From: Octopus bimaculoides
Lineage: Eukaryota
Assembly: GCF_001194135.2 (NCBI RefSeq)
Contig: NC_068983.1
Location: 93,940,951 to 94,004,950, forward strand
Reading direction: 5' to 3'
DNA length: 64,000 bases
Below, piece by piece: positions 26,147-37,710 of the stretch. A program made the translations under genes and the position numbers. Under the pieces are notes generated by a model. The model saw only the letters and a program-made list of their open reading frames with translations, did no database searches and was not told where the DNA came from. The first letter of the stretch is position 1. Each line of letters starts with the position of its first letter.

Positions 26147-26525
26147 AACAAGAGCACTCAGAGAGCACAAACCTCTGCCAAAACAACACCAACATCCTCT
26201 CAACAATTAGCCAGAGATGATTTTTAAAATGAGAATATTTGAAATAAACTCAACTGTTCTCACAAACGAGAATACTAAAAATGAGCCCAACCACTCTCAA
26301 AAATTAAGTATAAAAGACCTGAAAAATAATCCAGAATCCTTGTCTGGTACTGGATCGATCCCAAAAATCTAATCAGTTCATGCCAGCCACGAGGCCAAAC
26401 ATCCTTGCAAGTTTCAACTGAATCCATTCAGTGGTTCTTGAGATATCTCGTCCACGGACAAACAAACAAATGAATTAACACAACTGAAAACAATACCTCC
26501 ACTTTTGCTAAGGTGGAGGTAATAA
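26147..26525 (+). mobile_element. Non-autonomous Helentron-type (HINE/DINE-1-like) element
   Basis: 5' AACAAGAGCACTCAGAGAGCACAAACCTCTGCCAA; internal AAGTTTCAACTGAATCCATTCAGTGGTTCTTGAGATATC; (ACAA)n; 3' hairpin TACCTCCAC-TTTTGCTAAG-GTGGAGGTA (26494-26521) complementary to the 5' subterminal ACCTCTGCC. Confidence 0.7.
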
Positions 26526-26828
26526 ATAAATAAATTACATGTCTGCATTAATACAAAATACAAAACATCCTTCAAAATAAAGCAGAATTTAAGCTACATC
26601 CTCAGGTGAAAGAAAGTCTATGTTAAATACTAAATTCTTGGCGTAATGTTATTGTCATGATATTAGAATTTTTTTATTTTTAGATAAAATTTCTGTCATT
26701 TATAACTTACTGATTTTTCTTGTATTGTACTGTATATTCCATATGTTTTATAGAATCGTACATTAAGGAGCTTTCTTTATGAGTACTACCAGATTACTTG
26801 AACCCATATATTATGACACATATGTATG

Positions 26829-26862
<34 letters not shown>

Positions 26863-26976
26863 CGTACATACATACGTACGTTTGTGTGTGTAACATGATG
26901 TGATACAGAACAATACATACTTTTTTGTTCCTCACATTTTTTTTTTATACCTTTAAACTTCCTTCTGTCAACCTAA

Positions 26977-27015
26977 CTTTCTGAAAAAGAGCTTAAACTT
27001 AAAACAGCAAAAATA
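26977..27015 (+). ncRNA. Highly degenerate hammerhead-like remnant
   Basis: CTTT-CTGAAAA-AGAGC-TTAAA-CTT-AAAA-CAGC-AAAA aligns with the 13492 motif, and downstream ...CATCAAACTA is shared; the core is mutated. Confidence 0.3.
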
Positions 27016-27192
27016 TTTCCACCTTTTTAATTCTTCATTCAACATCAAACTACTAATTACACTTTTTCACTGTATATTCTGTGTTGTAATTTTCATAAAG
27101 TTTGAACACACATACAGACACCCAAACATACACACATACGTATGTATATGTGTAAGTATGGAGTGAGGAAAAATATACATTTATATGCATAC

Positions 27193-27223
<31 letters not shown>

Positions 27224-27508
27224 TGTATGTATGTATGTATGTATGAATGAATGTATTTATATGTAGGAAGTGAGAAAAAACATATATCTATATACATGCA
27301 TACATATATATATATATGTGTGTGTGTGTATGTGTGTGTACACACACACACACATACACACACACACATACATATGTATATATATATATATATATAATAT
27401 AATATAGGATAAATTCTTTATAAGAATTTATCAAGTAGTCAGCGTGAAAAAACCTCAAAATGAAAAAAAAACGAAAAATTTCGTAATGAAAAAATTCATC
27501 ATTTCTTC

Positions 27509-27564
<56 letters not shown>

Positions 27565-27949
27565 GGTTATGTGAGGTAGATAGGGGTGATATTTTTGTAT
27601 ACTTTTGAGTTCGTATATACCTGGTTATCAATCTTTGTTAAAACAAACAAACAAGAATAATAGTAAAAAATAGATTAATCAAATTTGTATTTGGAGATAT
27701 TTCAACACTCACTTTTTCACCCTTTTTTTTTAAATTCAATTTTTTTGCTAATTCTAAGAATAATTCTTGCTTTTTATTTCTGAAACACCAAAATAAGAAA
27801 TAATTGATTAATTACCACCATAAAATCCATGCCTAAACCTTGGTAACTAATTTATGTAACAATTATTTTTTAACTAAATATACACTAAGCAAAGAGATTT
27901 CGCTGATGTTATTCATATTATTTTTGTGAATGATGTTTTTATTAGACAG

Positions 27950-28017
27950 AGCTTGAGAAAGAGATTGTTGAAAATGTTCAAAGCTCCACCCACTCCCTGG
28001 ATACAGAATGAATATAC
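27950..28017 (+). CDS. Weak candidate exon (SLRKRLLKMFKAPPTPWIQNEY)
   Basis: TTTTTATTAGACAG acceptor, phase 0 compatible with the 19422 exon, only one open frame; the GTAGAA donor is weak. Confidence 0.25.
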
Positions 28018-28529
28018 GTAGAACATGATTTCCATAAATTCTGTCTTGAAAATAAATATTTCATCATTGATTTTCCTGTCAAAAAAATGTATCTACTATT
28101 AATGACGATGATGATAATAAAAGCAAGAATAATATAATTAATTGTTATAATAATGATTTCTCTTACTTGGCACAATAGTGTCGGATACATACTCTCTATA
28201 TATATATATGTGTGTGTGCGCGTGTGTGTGTGTGTGTGTGTATAGAGAGAGAGAAAGAGAGAGAGTGAGACAGAGAGAGAAAGACACATACACACATGCA
28301 TACATACCATCTATCTACTTTAACTGCTTACCTACCCATTTACATACTGTACATAGACATGTACGTACAGTTTGTGTGAAATTCAGTTCAAATAATTTGG
28401 TGTTATAACTATATCATCATTATCACCATCACCATTACCATCATCACCATCATCATCATTTTCACCCTTTAACATCTAGCATGGAACATGGATGTTAAAG
28501 GATAATGATGGTATATATGTAAATATGTG

Positions 28530-28682
<153 letters not shown>

Positions 28683-29177
28683 TAATTGAGTGAAAAAGAG
28701 AAAGAATGATGAGATGAGATTATTACAGTATAAATACTGAGACTGGTGAGGTTTTTCACAGAATCAATTATGAATAACTCTGCATAGAAAACAATTTACA
28801 AATGAAATGAAATTAGTCATTCCAATCAGGAGATTGCTACCAAAGACCAGTCAAGAAACTTCACAGATCTAAGATTACTCTTATTCCCAAGAGCAAAGGC
28901 TTTCTTGCAATTGTGTTCTCAGCCTACAGGTGCATGACAAAAGTAGGTTCATTCACATGGCCTATTCTTATCATTCATCCATCTTTCAGCAAATTTGCTG
29001 GTTGTCAGCACCTTGCTCTGTACCCCTGCCACCCTTTCCAAATGAAACTTGAAGAAGTTGAGAGTTTGGTCAAAGAGGAAAGTGTCTGTTCTTAGTTTGC
29101 TTCAATTTTACGTACTCTACTAATACCTTTGTCAAAACCATCAAGCAGAGGAAATTTTCTTGGCCTTCCAGATTATC

Positions 29178-29373
29178 CATTTAGCATTCAGATTACTCTG
29201 TTAGATGTAATGCATATTTATTCATTATCTTGTAACTTCAAGATATTGATGATGTAATTGTTTATCTTTAGAATCACATTGTAGGATATGAGTGAGAGGC
29301 TGGATCTGGCCAGTCTGAACATAAAATAGGTAGAATATTTAGGCCATATCTGGCTGGTTTAAATACTAAAGGG
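29178..29373. mobile_element. piggyBac-like MITE copy
   Basis: Right end TAAAGGG followed by TTAA (29374-29377); body matches 35912-36102; left end decayed. Confidence 0.7.
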
Positions 29374-29559
29374 TTAAAGAATGCAATTGGACAAACCTTA
29401 TAGTGGACTAGAGTAAAAGTCTGATCTACCCTACACCAGACAAAAGTTATTTGGTGGAACTCCACAAGTCAGCAATGCTCTGAATGTATGCAAAATGTTT
29501 TCATTATTTTGCACTCATCGTGGACAGGCATGGCTAACAGTATTCCTTCAATAGAGATT

Positions 29560-31040
29560 AGGCCAATTTTTTTTGGTGTATGGTTACAGATTTCACTGCT
29601 GTTATTGTTTACATCTTTGTGGGTATTTCTTCCGTTGTTTTTGCTGTGATTGTTGTTTTGTTCATAGGTTTTACTTATATTGGTTTTATTTTTGTGGTCG
29701 TGGGCTTAGTTCTTGTCATTGTTTTGGTGGATTAGTTTACAGGTTTTCCAATGTTTCATCAAACCATTTGGCTTTCAGCATTAAGTGACTGTTGTTTTGG
29801 GAGGATTTTTCCTTCCTCTTTTTTGCCTTACCATGAGGACTTTTTTATCATGGTCCCTTCTGCTCATCTTTGTCATTTGACAGAGTGTCAGTGGGAGACA
29901 AGTCAGAAGTAGAGAAGAGCAACATCATCATCATCATCATCCATTAACATTCATTGTCCATGCTGGCATGGGTTGGATAGTTTGACCACAGCTGGCAAGC
30001 AGGAGAGCTGCACCAGGTTCCAGTTTGATTTAGCTTGATGACCTTCTTAATGCCTCTGGATGCCCTTCCTAATGCATCTGGATGCCCTTCCTAATGCCAA
30101 CCACTTTACAGAGTGTACTTATGCATATTTCTATGTCATTTTTGTCTGTATAATTTGAGTTCATGTTTTTTTTTTATATTTGTGTTGTTTGTGTTTTTAT
30201 TTCTATTTATGGAGAGTTGATGTTTATGGGATGTCCTGTTACTTGATGGTGATACTGACTGATGTCAACAGTCCCTCATAATGTTGTTGTGGTACTTGTG
30301 GTCATTACTGTAATTGCTGCTTCTGCTGATGTTATTGTTGTGGCTGCAGTACAAATTCATGTTGTCTTTGTTTCTATTGTAAGCAGGCAACCTTCAGATG
30401 GTTGGTGCTGCCACATGAACCTTCAACTCTCCACCATAATATACAGTTATACTGTTGGTTGGGAGGCCTATGTATATGTGGCTCTTTCTACTGATTAGCC
30501 CTAGACTGCCATACACTGGTACATTGCCATTTTCATAATCTTCTCTTCCAAGAGTCTTGTCTCTCCATATGAGTCTTTTGGTTTTTATCAGATCTGACCA
30601 ATTGTTTTTCAGAGGAACCTGTTCAACTCTTCTTTTCATTTGTGGAGGAGCCAACCTTGGATCCAGTACTAATGTAGTAACTGCTGTTCATGCTGATGCT
30701 GCTACTGCTGTTGCTACCGCTTACTATGGTAGATATAGGGGTGATATTGAAAATGTTGGTGTTAGATGAAATTGCACTTTCCACTCCTTCTGGCTTCTCT
30801 ACAATCTGTAGCCAAGAACCTTGTTTCTACTGATGATGGTGGCAGTGGTAGTGAAGATGCATTTATTACTGTTGTTGTTGGTATTGGATGTATTATTATT
30901 GTTATTATTTTTACAACCATTTTGAGGGGTAATGATTTTCCTCATTGAACTTTGAACTGGAGGGGGTAAATCATTAATAGTGAGAATGGATGGGAGGTCC
31001 TCATTTACTTCTTTATGTAACTGTTGGCCTATCATATCCT
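29560..31040 (-). pseudogene. Decayed low-complexity (Q/S/N-rich) ORF remnant, possibly a retroelement ORF1/gag or a dead exon; interrupted by an RTE-tail insertion at 29925-30120
   Basis: One frame over 30240-30855 reads HHHQ*KQGSWLQIVEKPEG...HMERQDSWKRRL*KWQ...CGSTNHLKVACLQ*KQRQHEFVLQPQQ*HQQKQQLQ, with stops sitting in Q/R contexts; there is a K-rich segment near 29800-29850. Confidence 0.4.
29925..30120 (-). mobile_element. RTE-type 3' tail repeat
   Basis: (CAT)n...TCCATGCTGGCATGGGTTGG...; internal 22-bp duplication CTGGATGCCCTTCCTAATGC. Confidence 0.8.
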
Positions 31041-31485
31041 TCTATCTGTTAGGTGATACTACTTTGTGAAATTATTATTTAGAAACATTTGTAATTGGTT
31101 GTTGTTTTTCATTTGTTTGGTTGTTTGTTTTGTTTTATTATGATTATTATGACCCCACCCCGCCCCCATATGGTCCTAACAAAATGGAATGACTGGTCTT
31201 TGTTTATAGTCATATCAACAACAAAATAATACAAAACTCTTAATAGCGAAATGAACAATAATTCTTTACAAATATACAAAATGAAGTGAGACACAACTAA
31301 CAATAACGGTAAAAAGTAATGATGATGCTGATTGCCAACATTGGTGTAAGTCCACACATCTTGGGGGAGGGTATAACCATCACCAATGACTTTGAATAGA
31401 AACAATATGTAAATTTTGTTATATATTTCCTACCTTTCTCCCACTTTCCCACCTGCCCTGTCTCTGTTCTCTGTCCCTCTCTGTA

Positions 31486-31525
<40 letters not shown>

Positions 31526-31959
31526 CAACAAATAAAAGAATATATTTTACTAAAGAAATCTTTGAATATTAAAGTGTAATTAAATTATGTATAAGCATTC
31601 ATAATATAAACAAAAATCAATAATCAGGCATGTACACACTCACACACACACACACATTCATACATATATAAATACATATGTACACACATTCACATTTGCA
31701 AAACATAAGAAAAACTTACATATACATTTATACATCATAACACATATTCATATTATTATTTTACAAACATTCCACCCTACAAGACATTCTCTTCATCTGT
31801 TGATAACTAGAAATCACACTAGTTTCAGCACCTTCTCATATTATCAGCTTTAATACCACCAGTGAACGTGCAAGTTCTTTTGGCCTACATCATAGACTAC
31901 ATTTTTCATGGATAAGCAGCAACTACTTAACAATTGCTTAGTTTTATTTCTTACTGAGC

Positions 31960-32290
31960 ATTTATTCTTTGTCCTTAGCTTTGGTCTTCTTTCCATATGC
32001 CATATTCATGCTGGAACATTCTTCACTTCCTTCTGCAGTTAGCAAATCACTGCGCTCTACTATCTCTCCCAAGTCCAGTGCTAAGTTGGATATTATGGAT
32101 CTAGCTACAAATCCATAACATCCTACCTCTACAGGAAGTATCACATTGTGCTATCTCTATGCATCACATGACTTCCTGAGTTTCTTGTATTTTAAGCTCC
32201 TATTTTCATGCGTCTCCTCCCATATCACCTTCCTAAAATGATATAGTTCCTCCAATTAGGATTTTTTCTCTTTTATTAGGCCTGACTGTA
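31960..32290 (-). mobile_element. Restriction-like-endonuclease LINE (Hero/NeSL-like) C-terminal remnant
   Basis: Minus translation, across frameshifts: RPN..KILIG, WEETHENRSLKYKKLRKSC, ILPVEVGCYGFVARS...L.LDLG...AE. This matches the RLE 'RPD...ELTVPWEE...KY..L...C...PVEVG.RGF' pattern. Confidence 0.6.
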
Positions 32291-32553
32291 CAATAAAGTC
32301 TGAAGGGAAGTACTGCTTTATAAACTCAGTGTGTATGTGTGTGAGTTGTGTATATGTATGTAAATGTGTGTGAGTGTGTATATGTAAATATAGAGATAGA
32401 CAAATGGACAGACAGATAAAACTCTCAGGTGACTTTAGTATAACTTGTCAAGTTTGTCTTAAGGCTTACAAAGTCTAGACAGGTTTTTCTACTCATTCAT
32501 TCAGATACATATATCCATGGCCTTATACATACATACATACATACATACATACA

Positions 32554-33473
32554 TTGGGTCATCCCATAAATAATATGGTTTTTTCATACTTCTTTTATTT
32601 TTCAAAGTTAAGATAAACAAAGTTCTTTTTTAATCTAAAATACACTCATCATTTTCTACAACGCTTTTCCATCTATCTGGTAGACTTCCAAGGCCCTTCT
32701 TCCAAAATTCACTTGTCCGTGATGAAAAATACTCCCCCAGTACTGTTCTGACTTCGTCTACAGAATTCATATTTTTTTTCATCAAAATGATTTTGAAGAC
32801 TGCAAGATAAATGATAATCAGATAGGGCAATATTGGGTGAATATGGTGGGTGAAGCATCATTTCCCATTCAAACTGCTCTGGTCTTTGGAATGTCATCCT
32901 TGTTGTATGTGGCCTGGCATTATCCTGATGGAAGAACACTTTTCATTTTGAAACCAAAGATGGTCATTTTTCTTCTAGCAATGACTTGAAAGGTTGAATG
33001 ACCAAATCCAAGCTTCTCTGTTAATTCCTCAACAGTTACAATGGGATTTTGTTCCACCTGGGTTTGCAGGACATCTTCGTCAAGCTCTACTGATCTTCCA
33101 GGATGAGGCTCATCTTCTAGGCTGTAGTTTCGAGCTCAGAATTTCTGGAACCAACATTGACACTGGCTTATGCTTATTGTCCAATCCCCATATACTGCAT
33201 TAATATTCCTTGCACTTTCTGCTGTGTTATTGCTTTTATTGAACTCATAAAGCAAAATATGGCGAATATGCTCTTTTGTCACTTCCAATATAGCTTTGAA
33301 ACAAATAACTGTTAAAATCAAACTGCACTCTTCAAAACTTGCACTAAGAATAAGTACAAGGTAAAATTACAACCTGCTTTTATAGCAAGTTGATGCAGGT
33401 AGTTTATCCTTTCCCCCTCCGACTTTTAGTTCATGCAATTGAAAAAAATCACATTATTCATGGGATGACCCAA
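32554..33473 (-). mobile_element. Internally deleted mariner with both TIRs
   Basis: TIRs TTGGGTCATCCCATAAATAAT / ATTATTCATGGGATGACCCAA, TA after the right end. N-terminus KEHIRHILLYEFNK...WFQKF; C-terminus FFHQDNARPH...HPPYSPNIALSDY...LPDRWKSVV; the WVPHEL-to-first-D region is deleted. Confidence 0.92.
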
Positions 33474-33524
33474 TACACACAAACACACACACACACACAC
33501 ACACATGTATACATGTATGTAATT

Positions 33525-33525
33525 A

Positions 33526-33581
<56 letters not shown>

Positions 33582-33850
33582 TGATGAAAACTCACAGCTT
33601 ATTTTGCTGGGTATCATGAAAAGTGTCAGCTGTCCACAGCCAGCAGACACTTGTTTACTGGTCATGCTTCAAGAACTCTGCAAAGAATTCTTGCAGTTCC
33701 AAGCAATGCTGATCTTTGTAGGTGTTCTACTTTTACATTTGTACCAATCTTTTTATGCCATGTTGGTGGTTGATGATTGATACTTCCAAGTGTGCCAATT
33801 ACTACAGAAACACATCATGACTTTGTCTTTGGAGTTTCTAATAAAACACC
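33525..33850 (-). mobile_element. R4/Dong-like LINE 3' end with (TAA)n tail
   Basis: Minus translation VSVVIGTLGSINHQPPTWHKKIGTNVKVEHLQRSALLGTARILCRVLEA* (stop 33662-33664), a short 3' UTR, then (TAA)n at 33525-33582. Confidence 0.75.
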
Positions 33851-33939
33851 TGGACACTGCTTTGCTAATTAGTCATTTTTGCCAGTTAATTTTTTATGCA
33901 GTTTTTAATCTTGTTTAAAAACACCAACACTATATATAA

Positions 33940-34525
33940 TCATCATCATCATTTGGCATCTGCTTTCCATGATGGCATTGGTTAGATGGTTTGACTGGAA
34001 CCAGTAGCTGGAGGGCTGCACCAAGTTCCAGTCTGGTTTGGCATGGTTTCTATGGCTGGATGCCCTTCCTAATGTCAATTATTCCAAGAGAGTAATAGGT
34101 GCTTTTTACATGCCACTAGCACGGGTGCTTTTATGTGCCACCAGCACAGGTGCCTGTTACATGACACCAACATCAGCCAATTTTACTTGGCCTGATGAGT
34201 TTTCTCAAGCACAGCATATAGCCAAAGGTCTCAGTCACTTGTCATCACCTCTGTGAGGCCCAAACATTCGAAGATCATGCTTCACCACCTATATATCACT
34301 GTCATCATCATCATCATCATCATCATTTTCCTTGCTTGCATGGCAATGCAAGAATGGAATTCATTGAGGCAGATTTTCTATGGCCACATACCTTTCTTGT
34401 CACCATCCCTCACTTGACATGTCTGTATGGAAGACTGGAAATGTACAGTGCTTCCTGTATGGTGGTGGTTCCATATTTTAACTATGATGTGATGTTAAGA
34501 CAAGAAGACATGAACACACGTACAT
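33940..34525 (-). mobile_element. RTE-type tail repeat (33940-34290) and family C body (34310-34525)
   Basis: Matches 9262-9690 and 24670-24885. Confidence 0.75.
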
Positions 34526-34544
34526 GCACACATAGTCACAGACC

Positions 34545-35735
34545 AAATTTGTGACTGGTGCAAAGTTCCAGCCAAACCTATGATATATGATGGTGGAACA
34601 GTGAAGTAGGCAGTGTTATAAGAGCAAAGAAACAGGTATGGAAGGTCTAGAAGAGTGTGGGGTAGCAAAGAACTATACTGAGTTTCTAGAAGAGAAACTA
34701 TGTGATAGATATATCTAGCTAGGGGAGAAGCAGAAAAGAAAAGTTTACCAAATGTTCTGCAGTGCGAGGGCCAGAGACATGAGGTGTTCCAGATTGCGAG
34801 GGTGGTGGTCAGAGAAAATCGTGTTCAAATGGATAATGATACACTTGCATTTAGTGACCCTGAAAAGAAAGAAGCATGGAAATGTCACTATGAAAGACTG
34901 CTAAATGTGGAGAATGCCTCAAAAAAGAGAGTCTTCATAATACGGACCCAATAGAGGGACCAGCTACTGAGTTGACAGCTGCATAATAGATACAGCAATT
35001 AAGGATATGAGGACAAGGAAAGCCCCTGGTCCATCAGGAATTACTGTCAAGAAGCTTAAAAATTTGGTGGAATGTGATATGACCTATTCACCCATATAGT
35101 TAATCAAGTCATCCAGGAAGTTCATACCCAATAACTGGTGTAGTGGCATCATAATCGATTACTGCAAAAGTAAAGGAGATACCATAGACAGAAGTAATTG
35201 CAGAGGTATGAAATTGTTGGACCTTGTCATGAAAATTACAGAAAGGGTCATAGCTCAAATAATTAGGAAGTGAGTTAACCTAGATGATATGAAGTTTAGT
35301 TTTTTGCCAGGGAGAAGTGCTAGCTAAAAATAAACCACTCACTTGGCATTTGTTGAAATGGAGAAAGCCTTTGACAGGATCCCTCACTCTCTCATATGGT
35401 GGTAGCTGTAGAAGCTGGGGGTAGATGAGTGGCTGGTGAGAGCCATCCCAGCTATGCACAAGAATGCTGTTTGTAATGTGAAAGTCAGCAATGAGTATAA
35501 TAACAAATTTAGTGTGCAGGTAGGAGTTCACCAAAGCTCAGTTCTCTTGTTTATCATAGTCCTCTAGGCCATAACAGAGGGATTTAAAACTGGTTGCCCA
35601 TGGGAGCTTCTCTATGCTGATGACCTTGTTCTTATAGCTAAATCCAGAGTAGAATTAGAAAAGAAATTTCAGGTATGGAAGCAATGATCTTAAAGTTAAT
35701 TTAGCAAAGACCAAAGTACTTGTGAGCAGAATAAC
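34545..35735 (+). mobile_element. RTE LINE fragment, decayed RT
   Basis: Frameshifted translation KKEAWKCHYERLLNVEN...KAPGPSGIT...RGMKLLDLVMKITER...LAFVEMEKAFDRIP...AITEGFKTGCPWELLYADDLVLIA...KVNLAKTKVL. Confidence 0.92.
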
Positions 35736-35911
35736 ATAGACAAATACAGGTATATCAAATACCATACAACCTAAATTCTTGACTTATTAAAATTATCTCC
35801 ACCTCTAGAGGATATATCACAATTTCCAAATGGTATCTGAGAACCACTCCATATGAGAAGGGGAGATAAGCTCAGGAATGAAGAATTTCTCCAAAGTTGA
35901 CACACCATTAA

Positions 35912-36102
35912 CCCTTTAGCATTCAGATTATTCTGTCAAAGGTAATACTTATTTATTAGCTTTGTTTTGAATTAATGATGCATTATTTCATAGCTCCAAG
36001 ATTTCAATGATGTGACTGTTTTATTCTTAGAATGACATTGTAGGGTAGGTGAGTAAGGCTGGATCATTTTGGCCAGATATGGTCAGTTTAAATTCTAAAA
36101 GG
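35912..36102. mobile_element. piggyBac-like MITE with TTAA target-site duplication
   Basis: TTAA (35908-35911)|CCCTTTAGCATT ... AATTCTAAAAGG|TTAA (36103-36106). Confidence 0.8.
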
Positions 36103-36686
36103 TTAAGGAAAAGAATAGGCTTATTGTCTGCAGATAAAAGGACAATTGTAAGAGAAGGCAGTACCTATAGGTTTGTGAGTATGACATTAGGGAAATTGCT
36201 GTAACAGGATATAGAATTAGTTTTAATATCATGTAGAATATTCCTATTGTTTTATTTCCTCTATTTTGATAGAGATTAAAAATTATATTTCGTTGTTTCT
36301 GTGATTTTATAAATATATTTTTTTTAAAAATAAAGCAACCAAATATTATGGTATAAATATTAAATTTTAATAAAGATGTTTAAAGAAATATTTTGCATGT
36401 AATCATTGTAATTCGCATCATGATAGTCATTAGAGTAATAACCATTTTAATTTGTTTTTGTTTTTCTAAATTTTTTGTTGTTGCTTTCCCATCCAAATTA
36501 AAATTATGATCCCATTAATTAGTCATCCTTGTACAGAATTTCATCATCGTTTTACCATAACTCATTGATTTCTGCACAAGTTAAGAAAACACAACACGGA
36601 AACCATATTCAATCTTTTCATCCAACCATTCTCACAACTCTCCTCTATCTTTCATTATCTCTCTTTCCTCCCCTCTCTCTCTACAA

Positions 36687-36736
<50 letters not shown>

Positions 36737-36919
36737 ATATATTCCTATCTATTACTCTCGCTCTTTCTCTCTTTTTCATTCACTCCATTTGTCTCACTGT
36801 TCCTTTGTTTTCTTATTCTTTCTTTCTCTCTTCCACTTAATCTCCCAGGATCTCTCTCCCTCTTTCCCTTAGAATATCTCTTTCTGTTTCCTCTCTCAAT
36901 CACTCCCCCTCTCACTGTC

Positions 36920-36979
<60 letters not shown>

Positions 36980-37142
36980 ATGGAAATAAAGTCAAATTTT
37001 AACATTTTAAAAATTAGTTTGCTAATGATAGCTACTTGATTATGTATTTCTGTTTTAATTAATTAATTAGATTCTTTTTGGATATCTCTAAATTTAACAG
37101 TGAATGACCAATGTAAGGATTTCTACATATTTCCATGGTGTG

Positions 37143-37205
<63 letters not shown>

Positions 37206-37289
37206 CTTATAGGCTCTGACGTGGATGAGTCGATATAGAGACCACTTTATAACCAAGGTGTTTTAGATTGTATCCCACTGAGTGGTACC

Positions 37290-37710
37290 TTGAGCAACTG
37301 TCCTCTTCTATACCTTTAGGCTCACCAATGCCTTGCAATTAAAACTTGTAGACAGAAACTGCATAGAAGCCTGCCATATATATATACATGTGTGTGTTTG
37401 TGTGTGAAAGTGTTTACAATAGGAGAAGGAAGAGGCTCTTTCCCATCAGTAGGACAGAATTCATTGAGGCAGACTTTCTATGGCCAGATGCCCTTTCCAT
37501 TGCCAGTTCTCACCTGTTCCCAAGTAAGGTAATATTTTCCATGCCTGGGCATGTTTTCATGGAAGATTAGAAACAATGGACAATGCTTATATGACTGTGA
37601 TACTTGATTACAACTTTCACATGATGTCAGCACACACACACACGCTTTTTTTTTCAGTTTCCATCTCCCAAATCCATTCACAAGGCTTTAGTCAACCCAA
37701 GGTTATCTCC
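37290..37710. mobile_element. SINE fragments (family A heads on both strands, family C body at 37445-37640)
   Basis: Similarity to the other copies in the window. Confidence 0.65.

Noticed and set aside
28830-29095. ~90-codon open frame containing SKITLIPK
   Set aside because: Only a short resemblance to an RT N-terminal motif; no further RT motifs and no convincing splice donor.
34190-34215. Other CTGATGA heptamers (34194, 35617, 37916, 45393, 30830)
   Set aside because: No stem II plus GAAA follows; they lie in RTE/SINE or low-complexity sequence.
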